Shown in pieces: positions 24,594 through 40,690 of a stretch of DNA of 64,000 nt (position 1 is its first letter; every line of letters begins with the position of its first letter). The stretch is taken from positions 24,614,001 to 24,678,000 of the forward strand of contig OZ024747.1 of assembly GCA_964016885.1 (NCBI GenBank), in the 5' to 3' direction. The stretch is from Eledone cirrhosa (taxonomy: Eukaryota). The translations under genes and the position numbers were made by a program. The notes beneath the pieces are model-generated. The model was not told where the DNA came from. It saw only the letters and a program-made list of their open reading frames with translations, and did no database searches.

Positions 24594-27129
24594 TGTTTCT
24601 TTTATTTGCCACTAGGGCATCAAAAGTGGGACAAGTACAAAGGGGGGAGTTTACACAAAAAGGCGTCCTCAATAAGGAGGAGGCAATAACAAAATATAAA
24701 AATAAAATAAGATATAACAAAAAATAAAATTTATAACAAAATCCTCAATAGAGAGGAGGCGCCTTGGGGGGTCGCACACACCGCCGAAAAAAGTGTGCAA
24801 CCCTTTTCCTCAGGAGCACAGAGAGGGGGTGCTCCCTCGTTCCTTCCTCTTTTCCACCTACAGGCTTATGTAAAGAGAAGGCCCATTCACACGGGCCATT
24901 CTCGCCACTTTCACCCACCTTTCATAAAAACGACTGGGGTGCAGCACCTCTCTCTCCATCCTGATCCTTCTTCCAAAATGATATCGGAAGAAACGGACCA
25001 GTTGTTGGCCAGAGAGAAAGGTGCCTGACCTCAGTCCTTTCAGACGCGTCCACCATACAACCTCTTTCGCCATGGCTATTACGCACAGAAACACCGCCTC
25101 TGCTTCATCTTTGAAGGGGGGAGGCGGCTTGATCATTACAATAGACTCGGTGGTCAACCGGATCGGTCCCACCCTTGACAGCAGTTGTTCGACATAGCCC
25201 CACAGATCGGCTACGCCCGAGCAGTGTACCAATGCGTGTGCAACGGTTTCCTCGTCGCACACGCATCTGGGACAGATCTTTTTGGCGGGGTCCCTACCCG
25301 GGCGCCCGTGTCTGTAGAGCCTTTCTCGAACGGGTAAAGCCCCTCGGTAGCACTGCCAGGCCAGGGACTTCTGGAAGTTGTCCATAGGTCCCGGGCTGAA
25401 TGTCCTACCGAACAGGCTGGCCAGTTCGTCCTCCTCCATGTCTAGGGCTTCTCCGAGGGCGTTGTCGCACCTGCTGCTTACCAGCCCTCTATAGAATGTT
25501 GCGGTGGAGTCTCCACTGATAACCGGATCCGCCTGCCAGAGGGCGGTGAGCGCCTGGGCACACTCAGTGTGCCAGGCGCCCAGTTTTCTCGGTCTTTGCT
25601 TGACCCAGGATTGCAGCTCGGTGAGTGAGACGAGTCTGGGAAAGGTTCGTCTCACAAACGAGGCCCACACCGGTTGTCCGGTGAGGAATACGTAGAGGTG
25701 CCGTAGCCTTAATGCGTGTTTACGCATCATTAGCCACGGCATCCCCAGCCCTCCTTTCGAAGGGTGTTGACAGCAGATGGATCTCCTCACCATAGGAGCC
25801 CGCCTCTTCCAAAGGAATTGGAAGAGCGCGCGCTCCATCTTGGTGAGGGTTTCCCTTGGGCAGGGCACTACGGTCAGGCGGTAGTAGATGACGGACGCTA
25901 TGTAGGTGTTCGCCACCTCCGCCCGACCTTTCAGGGATAGTTTGCAACTGGCCCACTTCTGGGTCAGTGCAAACACCCTGTTCGTAACCTCCGCCCAGTT
26001 TTTCTCCACCTGGAGGTCCGGTCCGAACCAGACCCCGAGCAACTTCACCGGGCCCTCCGTCCAGCGTCCGACGACGCCATCGGAGGGCATCGGTCTGCCC
26101 CTCCACGTGCCGAGTTGCAAACCGATCGACTTGTCCCGGTTCAGCTTAGCGCCTGTGAACTTTTCGTACTCCTCCAGTAAGGTGCCGACCGCCTCGATTT
26201 CGGAGGCCGTCGACACCATTACTGTCACGTCATCGGCGTAGGCCGACACCGCTTTCCGCAATCCCGGTTCCAAAGGGATGCCCTGCAACAACTCCAACTT
26301 CCGCAGTAGTGGCTCGAGAGTCAACACATACAGAAGGGAGGAGAGAGGGCACCCTTGTCGGATGGACCGCGCGATTTTGAACGGCTCCGAGAGGTAGCCG
26401 TTCACCTTGACCCTAGAGCAGATGCGGCTGCTGTGCATAGCAGTGATCCAGCCCCTGAAAACGGGTCCGAAGCCTGCCGCCGCTAGCACCGCATCCAGGT
26501 AACCATGGTCGACCCTATCGAACGCCTTAGATTGATCCAAGTTGATCAGAGCCCCACCAAAGCCGGGTTCGTTCCCAACCCTCTCTATGATGTATCGCAT
26601 GAGGTGGAGGTTGTCATGGATGGACCTGGACGGGATAGCGCATGTCTGCGCATCTCCCACCAGGTTGCCCATGACAAGCGCCAACCTCTTTGCTAGCACC
26701 TTGGCCAAAATCTGTAACTCTGTATTTAGCAGAGTTATGGGCCTGAAGTTACTTATTTCGTCCCCCTTGTTCTCGTCCTTCCTCACTAGCGTGACTACGC
26801 CCTTGGTCACAGTACAGGGAATTCTCCCGTTCTGTTGCCAGTTGCAGTAGACCGCCTCGAGGATATCGGGGAACAAGTCCGGCATAGCTAGATATAATTC
26901 GTAAGGAAGACCATCGAGACCCGGGGATTTGCGTTTGCCGCATTGGCTCAGCACGTCCTCTATCTCAGCGGCCGAAATCGGCTCCTCGCAGGACTTCGCC
27001 TCCCTGTCCGAGAGGCGCGGCAGGCCGTCGAGGTATGGACCGAAGTCCACGTTCCCAACCGGCTCCCCGCCCCTCCCGAACAGTCGGGCAAAGTGCCTTT
27101 GAAAGGCCTCACACATCTGCTTAGGCTCA
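24594..27129 (-). mobile_element. Young 5'-truncated Tx1/L1-clade LINE
   Basis: 13-bp TSD ATACCATAATATA at 24581-24593 and 27130-27142; GC-rich; AATAAA near the 3' end. Confidence 0.93.
24858..27116 (-). CDS. Tx1/L1-clade ORF2 (RT plus C-terminal CCHC knuckle), N-terminally truncated, 752 aa uninterrupted
   Basis: KSPGLDGLP, FRPITLLN, DQSKAFDRV, RQGCPLS, YADD, CPRC..ETVAHALVHC. Confidence 0.92.
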   Translation of the reverse strand: MCEAFQRHFARLFGRGGEPVGNVDFGPYLDGLPRLSDREAKSCEEPISAAEIEDVLSQCGKRKSPGLDGLPYELYLAMPDLFPDILEAVYCNWQQNGRIPCTVTKGVVTLVRKDENKGDEISNFRPITLLNTELQILAKVLAKRLALVMGNLVGDAQTCAIPSRSIHDNLHLMRYIIERVGNEPGFGGALINLDQSKAFDRVDHGYLDAVLAAAGFGPVFRGWITAMHSSRICSRVKVNGYLSEPFKIARSIRQGCPLSSLLYVLTLEPLLRKLELLQGIPLEPGLRKAVSAYADDVTVMVSTASEIEAVGTLLEEYEKFTGAKLNRDKSIGLQLGTWRGRPMPSDGVVGRWTEGPVKLLGVWFGPDLQVEKNWAEVTNRVFALTQKWASCKLSLKGRAEVANTYIASVIYYRLTVVPCPRETLTKMERALFQFLWKRRAPMVRRSICCQHPSKGGLGMPWLMMRKHALRLRHLYVFLTGQPVWASFVRRTFPRLVSLTELQSWVKQRPRKLGAWHTECAQALTALWQADPVISGDSTATFYRGLVSSRCDNALGEALDMEEDELASLFGRTFSPGPMDNFQKSLAWQCYRGALPVRERLYRHGRPGRDPAKKICPRCVCDEETVAHALVHCSGVADLWGYVEQLLSRVGPIRLTTESIVMIKPPPPFKDEAEAVFLCVIAMAKEVVWWTRLKGLRSGTFLSGQQLVRFFRYHFGRRIRMEREVLHPSRFYERWVKVARMARVNGPSLYISL

Positions 27130-27317
27130 ATACCATAATATAGTTAATATTATACCACTGTCTCATCTCATCATAGTCTATCTGAATCCATATGGATATC
27201 TCACCCTAGTAAATTATTTGAAAACCATAGACAGTGTCTTTCATTAGAAATATGGTAATGAACAGGTTAAATATTTCATATTTATCTACAAATCTTCCAT
27301 TATAATCTTATGTAAGA

Positions 27318-27356
27318 TTCACCCAGGTGGCCTGGGTTCGATTCCCGGCATGGGAA
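27318..27356 (+). pseudogene. 3' half of tRNA-Glu(TTC)
   Basis: TTCACCCAGGTGGCCTGGGTTCGATTCCCGGCATGGGAA matches metazoan tRNA-Glu(TTC) from anticodon to discriminator (recognised from memory); no CCA. Confidence 0.85.
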
Positions 27357-27370
27357 CATTGATTTTTAGA

Positions 27371-27562
27371 GCAGTGGATTGGCAGTATTGGTAGAAAGTT
27401 GGACGCCATGCTTTGCAGCATAGAGTTACAGCTCTTTACATTCTGAGTTCAAATCCCGCCGAGGTTACCTTTGCCTTTCATCCTTACGGGGGTCGATAAA
27501 ATAAAGCACCAGTAATGCACTGGGATAATTGCTGGCCTTGTGCCAAAAGTAGAAACAATTAT
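27371..27562 (+). mobile_element. tRNA-derived SINE (second family)
   Basis: B box gagttcaaatcc, tttgcctttcatcc body; copies at 11630-11760, 20690-20830, 23500-23645, 27612-27802 and 27895-28012. Confidence 0.8.
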
Positions 27563-27611
27563 AATCTTTATGTAAGAATCATTGTTATGTCATGTTCCAA
27601 AGAAAAGCTTA

Positions 27612-27802
27612 ATAATTGTTTCTACTTTTGGCACAAGGCCAGCAATTATCCCAGTGCATTACTGGTACTTTATTTTATCGACCTCATAAGGATGAAAGGC
27701 AAAATTAACCTCGGCGGGATTTGAACTCAGGCCGTAAAGGGCCGTAACTCTATGTTGCAAAGCATGACGTCCGACCCTCTACCGATACTGCCAATCCACT
27801 GC
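27612..27802 (-). mobile_element. Same SINE family, inverted relative to 27371-27562
   Basis: Reverse-complement match across ~190 bp. Confidence 0.85.
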
Positions 27803-28923
27803 CCTTAATAATGATTTCTACAATAAGCACAAGGCCAACAATTTGGGAGAAGGAAAAAGTCGATTAAATCAACCCCAATGCATTACTGGTGTTTAATAAT
27901 TGTTTCTACTTTAGGCACAAGGCCAGCAATTACCCAGTGCATTACTGGTACTTTATTTTATCGACCCCGTAAGGATGAAAGGCAAAGTCAACCTCGGCGG
28001 GATTTGAACTCGAGAGTCAGTCATATTACTAAATCCCTCCAAATTCTTGATTACTTTCAAAATTATTTGAAAATTATAGGGATTGTCTTTCATGAGACAA
28101 TATGGTAACAAAAAGATTAAACCAGAGTGAGAGATAGCCACTGCACCTAGAGCCATACCTTAAAATCTCTTCAGATTTTAGGAAACATTTCTTCCTTGTT
28201 TTTCCTGAAAATATCACAGATTTCTTCTCATTGTGGTGCATCAACAAACAAGAGATATTGACTTTTACTGGATTGACTGTTGTCATCACACCTCTACCTT
28301 CACCACCACACATCAAACATCCATACACCACCACCATCACCATCATGTCCTAAATCCATCACATATTTCTATTTCAATTGTAGTAGTAACAGTAATAGCA
28401 ACATCAATAATGAAAACACACACACAATATATATATATATACACACACATATGTGTGTGTGTGTGTAAGACTAATATTTACTATTTACTTTAGAAACAGA
28501 AAATTATTATTTTATACTGCAATAATGAAAAAGTAAAGGAAACTGGCAGACAGTAAAACACACTTGAAGAGCTAAAAACTTTGTCAATAAACAGCATTAA
28601 CAGCATTTCTTGTGCTTCTTTATCTGCTTTTAAGGTAGAGATTTACTGTTCAAACTAAGTACAGGATCTTAACTTTCAAACAACTGTGATTCTTTACAAT
28701 CTCCCAACATGCCTAATGGAATCTTGCTCCCACAGTCTCAAAATGTTTTTAAGATAATTCCCCTTAACCTTTACTGAAAACACTTTAATGGAAATAATAC
28801 CCCCTGCTTCATTCAGATCAAACTATAGATGTAAGAATTCAGAAGCTGTTGAAGAAACATTTCCCTATTCCTTCGCTCTACGTATAGATATGACATTCTG
28901 CAGGCTAATGTGCACACACACAC

Positions 28924-28975
<52 letters not shown>

Positions 28976-29130
28976 TATATTTATATATATATATATATAA
29001 TTTATATATATATATATATAATTTATTATATTTATATATATATATATATATATAATTTATTATATTTATATATATATATATATATATAATTTATTATATT
29101 TATATATATATATATATATATAATTTATTA

Positions 29131-29186
<56 letters not shown>

Positions 29187-29187
<1 letters not shown>

Positions 29188-30082
29188 TAGCAGCAGTACC
29201 CAGCGTTGCCTGGGTGGGTAAAATAATATCTGCTTTGATGAAAAAGTGTTGATCTTAGCAACTGCAAGTTTCTTGAAAATCGGTCGTAAGGTATTGCAAA
29301 TGGCGAAATGTTGAGTGAAATCGTATGGAATATGTGGGAGGTGGAAAAAATCGTATTTTGAAGAGTTAAACGGCTGCCACGCCGTCCCTGAACAAAAAAT
29401 GCAAAGTGTAAAGCTACTATAAGATATGCAATGATAGGTTCTATCGTAGTATAAAAGTTGAATCAAATAAATTGATTTATGTGTGAGGTGGAGCCGAAGT
29501 TTCGAATTTGAACGAAATCGGTTGGAAAATGTGGGAGCTAGAGGCGAAAAGGCGGAAATTTGAGCGAAAAGATGGTATTTTCGAATATTAAAGCGGCTGC
29601 CACGCCGTTCCTGAACAGAAAATCCAAAATGTCAAGCCACTTTAAGACGTGAAATAATCAGATCTAGCGTAGTGTAAAATTTGAACAAAGTAGGTTGATT
29701 AATGTGGGAGCTAGAGCCGAAAACGTTGAAATTTGAGTCTAACAGAGATATTTTTGAATATTTTAGCGGCTGCCACGCCGTCCCTGAACAACAAATGCAA
29801 AATATAAAGTCATTACAGGATATGCAATGATAAATTCTATTTTGCTTTAAAATTTGAACGAAATCGGTGGCAAAATGTGGGAGCTAGAGCCAAAAATCTT
29901 ATTTTTCGATACCTAAAAAAAAGGTGACCCCCCCCTATCGATTTTTATATGGAGAATGACCCCGGAATAAAAAAAAACGATACGCTGATATATAGAAAAC
30001 ACTCCCCGATGACTAATCTATGAGCCTGTAAAGTTTCATGAAAATCGGTCGTAAGATGTAGGCCCCTATAGGTAATACACAG

Positions 30083-30095
<13 letters not shown>
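29187..30095 (-). mobile_element. Non-autonomous Helitron-like element with three internal ~170-220 bp repeats
   Basis: Minus 3' end: hairpin ACCCAG-gcaacg-CTGGGT, 7 nt, then CTAG|T. Repeats anchored on cggctgccacgccgt at ~29371, 29594 and 29767. Confidence 0.75.
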
Positions 30096-30135
<40 letters not shown>

Positions 30136-30140
30136 TATAT

Positions 30141-30480
30141 TCATTTCATCATCTCATTTCATTTTACGTCCACTTTTTCCCTGCTTGCAAGGGTGGGACG
30201 GGAACTGATGCTGGCTTGATTTCTACAGCTGGATGCCCTTCCTAACACCAACCTCATTTACAGTGAGTGCCGGGTGCTTTTTTGCCGTGGCACCTCCACG
30301 ACCACTTGGCAGTGGTATGATATGGACCCCAGTCCCTATCATCTCATTTCTACAGCTGAGTAAACTGGAGCAATGTGAAATAAAGTGTCTTGCTCAAGGA
30401 AACAACACATCACCCGGTCTGAGAATTGAACTCACAACCTTTCGATTGCAAGGCCAATGCTCTAACCACTAAGCCATGTG
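30141..30480 (-). mobile_element. CORE-like SINE with RTE tail (family of 11960-12299)
   Basis: Near-identical to 11960-12299. Confidence 0.87.
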
Positions 30481-30490
30481 TGTATATATT

Positions 30491-34600
<4,110 letters not shown>

Positions 34601-34643
34601 TTTTAGGGTTTTTTTGTAGTGTAGGCCTTCAGAGTGCTTTGTA

Positions 34644-34686
<43 letters not shown>

Positions 34687-34699
34687 TATATACATATAC

Positions 34700-34855
34700 G
34701 TATCATCATCATCATCATTTAACGTCCATGTTCCACTCTTGCATGGGTTTGGACGGGAGTTGTCCCACTTGACGCAAGAGTGGTTGTCATTGCTCGCATA
34801 GGACAGTCTGGCGGGTTTTCTACAGCTGGATGCCCTTCCTAACACCAACCACATA
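34700..34855 (-). mobile_element. RTE 3' tail fragment (family of 37422-39722)
   Basis: Matches 37422-37585. Confidence 0.8.
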
Positions 34856-34905
34856 CATATATATATACATAAATATATATATAAAATGAATGTGTATATA
34901 TATAA

Positions 34906-34962
<57 letters not shown>

Positions 34963-35043
34963 ACACACACACAGTTTAGTTATATTTTTCTCCTGCATGG
35001 ATATAAAGTAGTGGCCGTACTCGAAAACGAGTTGGCAGCCACC

Positions 35044-37175
<2,132 letters not shown>

Positions 37176-37338
37176 CTATCTAAGGCGGGTAAAATTCCCG
37201 AGATCCATGGACGAGTTCTCTCCAGCGGTCTCTGTCCCTCATTATCGCTGCCATATCCTGCATCTCCAACAGACCAGTGTCTGTCCTTAGGGCATCAACA
37301 TATGTTAACCTTGGTCTTCCTCTTCTAGTGTGTCCATG
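37176..37338 (-). mobile_element. RTE-like 3' fragment (family of 57907-58200)
   Basis: Reverse complement of ~58030-58195. Confidence 0.8.
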
Positions 37339-37421
37339 CATTGCTTTATTGTACTACAATAAAACTAACCTCCTACATTACATACATATATATATATATA
37401 TATATATACATACATACATAT

Positions 37422-39722
37422 ATCATCATCATCATCATCATCATCAGGTTTAGCGTCCGTGTTCCACGCTTGCATGGGTTTTGGACGGGGGTTTTCCCAC
37501 TTGAGGCAAGAGTGGTTGTCTTGCTCGCATAGGACTGTCTGGCGGGTTTTCTACAGTTGGATGCCCTTCCTAACACCAACCACATTTACAGTGTGGGGCT
37601 GGGAGGTTTTTACCGTGTTGCCTACACGGCCACATTACAGCGTGGACTGTCTGGCGGGTTTTCTACAGCTGGATGCCCTTCCTAACACCAACCACATTTA
37701 CAGTGTGGGGCTGGGAGGTTTTTACCGTGTTACCTACACGGCCACATTTACAGCGTGGACTGTGTGTTTTTTTGTCGTGACACCTACACGATCTCATTTG
37801 TTTCGGCCTGGATGTTGTGGGACCAGCATAACTGTACATTGAAAGGGGCGGTGTGGATGGGGTGGAGGTGGTGGGACGGGGGGTGTTTTGATAGAGATGC
37901 CTACTGACTGTAGTAGGTTTTTACTTTGTATTTAGGTAAGGCGGGTCTTCTCTATTACTGAGTACCGCCAAAGGTCTCGGTCCAGTGACATTGTCTTGGA
38001 GAGGTGTAAGCGTGTGAGGTCGGAATTTATCAGCTCGTCCCATGTTTTTCTGGGTCTGCCTACTCCGTGGCTACCGTCTATCTTTATTGCCCTGCACTTT
38101 GTTATACAGCTGTCGTCTTTCATGCGCATCACGTGACCGTACCAACGTAGCCTTCTCTCGAGTAAACAACATCTGATCCCTCTTATTTCTAATTTTTTCC
38201 TTAGTTCGTTTATGCTTTGCCGTTCACGTATATTACTATTGCACATCCAGCGGAGCATGCAAGCTTCGTTCCTCTCTAGTCTGCGTATATCCTCTGCACA
38301 CAATGCCCAGGTCTCACTGCCATGCAGCATTGCTGTTCGTATGCAGGCATCGTATAACCTGCCTTTCATTTTTAGGGAGAACCCTCTAGCGGCTAATAGT
38401 GGTATAAGCTCTCTGAACTTTTTCCATCCAGTTCTGACTCTAGCTACTGTACGTTCAGAGCACCCTCCCCCACTGCTGATTTTGTCACCCAGGTAACGGA
38501 AGCTGTCCACTATTTCCATAGAACCCTCTGCGCAGTTGAAGGAGCTAGTATTTTGTGGGCGCTTGCTGCTACTTATTGCACCAGAGCACCGGCCACATGT
38601 AAAATCTATGTTCTTAGTTAGCTTACCTGTGATCCCACTACATCTTTTATGCACCCATACTTTGCATTTGGGACATAAAATGGAGTTTCTACCTACGCCT
38701 TTCCTACACACTGAGCATGGCCATTTCCCAGATGGGACTGCCGCCATATTTTCTTTCCTACAAACTAGAACTTTTGTCTTAGCCAGGTTAATTTTAAGGC
38801 CTTTTGATTCTAGGCCGTGCTTCCATGTTTGGAATTTCTTCTCTAGTTCGGTCATTGATTCAGCTATGAGCGTTAGATCATCTGCGTATAGGAGTTCCCA
38901 TGGGCAGCCGGTCTTGAACTCCTCTGTTATAGCCTGAAGGGCAATAATAAATAGTAGGGGGCTAAGAACAGAGCCCTGATGGACACCAACTTTTACGCTA
39001 AACTCTTCACTATATTCGTTGTTAATTCTAACCTTACTGACTGTTTCTTTATACATGGCTTGTATAGCTCTCACAAGCCATTCGTCAACACCTAGTTTTC
39101 TAAGAGACCACCAGATAATGGAACGGGGGACTCTGTCGAAGGCTTTCTCCAAGTCGACGAAAGCTAAGTATAGGGGTTTACTTTTAGCTAGATACTTCTC
39201 CTGTAGTTGTCGTACAATGAAAAGAGCGTCTGTGGTACTTTTGCCTGACACAAACCCGAACTGCATTTCATCTAGATCAATTCTCTCTCTGATTAGTTGC
39301 GCTATTACTTTTTCCGTGACCTTCATGACCTGGTCGATTAATTTAATGCCTCTATAGTGACTCCTATCTAGGGCATCTCCTTTTCCCTTATAGCAGTTAA
39401 CGATGATGCTGCTACGCCAGTCCTTCGGAACAACCCCATTCTGTACGACTTGGTTAACTATCCGGGTGACCATGGTGTGTCCCACCGAACCAGATGCCTT
39501 CAGCATCTCAGCAACTATTTCCGAAGGACCAGCCGCCTTACCCGTCTTCATATCTTTGATTGCCTTGCTTATTGTACTACCCTGGACTAACACTGCTGGT
39601 CCCTCTATTGGGTCGATGTGGGGGAGACTGTCTTTCTCCCATTTGTTCTCCTCATTTAGAAGCCTTTCGTAGTGACACTTCCAAGCTACCTTCTTATCAG
39701 CGTCGGTGATGGCAAGTATGCC
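37422..39722 (-). mobile_element. Young 5'-truncated RTE LINE, (ATG)n tail, 112-bp tandem duplication in the 3'UTR (37532-37762)
   Basis: Intact ORF plus 3'UTR; flanked by (TA)n. Confidence 0.93.
37932..39722 (-). CDS. RTE reverse transcriptase with internal PHD-like finger (5' truncated; the first ~42 aa of the tracked ORF are microsatellite)
   Basis: [60 protein letters not shown]. Confidence 0.92.
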   Translation of the reverse strand, partial: GILAITDADKKVAWKCHYERLLNEENKWEKDSLPHIDPIEGPAVLVQGSTISKAIKDMKTGKAAGPSEIVAEMLKASGSVGHTMVTRIVNQVVQNGVVPKDWRSSIIVNCYKGKGDALDRSHYRGIKLIDQVMKVTEKVIAQLIRERIDLDEMQFGFVSGKSTTDALFIVRQLQEKYLAKSKPLYLAFVDLEKAFDRVPRSIIWWSLRKLGVDEWLVRAIQAMYKETVSKVRINNEYSEEFSVKVGVHQGSVLSPLLFIIALQAITEEFKTGCPWELLYADDLTLIAESMTELEKKFQTWKHGLESKGLKINLAKTKVLVCRKENMAAVPSGKWPCSVCRKGVGRNSILCPKCKVWVHKRCSGITGKLTKNIDFTCGRCSGAISSSKRPQNTSSFNCAEGSMEIVDSFRYLGDKISSGGGCSERTVARVRTGWKKFRELIPLLAARGFSLKMKGRLYDACIRTAMLHGSETWALCAEDIRRLERNEACMLRWMCNSNIRERQSINELRKKLEIRGIRCCLLERRLRWYGHVMRMKDDSCITKCRAIKIDGSHGVGRPRKTWDELINSDLTRLHLSKTMSLDRDLWRYSVIEKTRLT

Positions 39723-39779
39723 ATATATATATATATATACATACATATATATATACATACATATATATATACATACATA

Positions 39780-39817
<38 letters not shown>

Positions 39818-39832
39818 CATATATATATATAC

Positions 39833-39862
<30 letters not shown>

Positions 39863-39865
<3 letters not shown>

Positions 39866-40335
39866 ATCATCACCGTTTTACGTCCGTTCTTCCACGCTAG
39901 CATGGGTTAGACGGGTTGTCCTGTTGTGGGCAGTGTCTGGTCGGCTGACCATGCCTTGCTCATACAGGAACTGATCTGGCTTGATTTCTACAGCTGGATG
40001 CCCTTCCTAACACCAACCTCATTTACAGTGAGTGCTGGGTGCTTTTTCGTGGCGCCTACACGTCCACTTTACAGTGTGGGCTGGGTGCTTTTTTGCCGTG
40101 GCACCTCCACGACCACCTTGCGGTGGGGCGAGTGGGGGCATATTGTTTATATGCTTCAGCATGTACCCATGGGAGGTCGGGTACCCTGTATTACTGCGTG
40201 ACGCCAGAAGTCACGGTCGTGTGTCATTGACTTTGAGAGGTGTAGTTGGGTAAGGTCAGCTTTTATCACCTCATCCCAAGTCATCTTGGGTCTCCCCACT
40301 CCGCGGTTTCCATCAACTTCTAGTGCTCTTAAACC
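39863..40335 (-). mobile_element. RTE 3' fragment
   Basis: GNRGVGRPKMTWDEVIKADL motif plus 3'UTR and (ATG)n tail. Confidence 0.82.
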
Positions 40336-40367
<32 letters not shown>

Positions 40368-40630
40368 GCGGCGATGAATTAGTTTTGCGAGGTTTTTTAT
40401 ATGAAATCGTGTGTCGAAACAGATATTGTTATATTTGGGGAGGGTCATATTTGCGTAATATTGCCAGAATTAATAACAGAACACACTCACTGTTTGGTTG
40501 GTTTTCGCTTCTCGCTGTCTTTTATATATATATATCTGCGATCTAACTTACTCGGTCCTCAATGTTGCCATTGACTGACCGGCGGTCAAAAATAAAATAA
40601 TACAGATACAATATAGACAAACACATATAT

Positions 40631-40690
40631 ATATAGTTTACATAAATCTTTCGTTGCACATCTGCAACATCGTCAGTGGTGTTATATTCA
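40631..40690 (-). ncRNA. Candidate minimal type I hammerhead in pLTR
   Basis: CUGACGA-U-GUUGCA(GAUG)UGCAAC-GAAA-GAUU-UA; stem I weak. Confidence 0.6.

Noticed and set aside
25175-26850. Plus-strand ORFs overlapping the Tx1 ORF (likewise those opposite the RTE ORFs)
   Set aside because: Antisense shadows of coding sequence, with no recognisable motifs
27318-27356. Functional tRNA-Glu gene
   Set aside because: 5' half, D-arm and A box are absent
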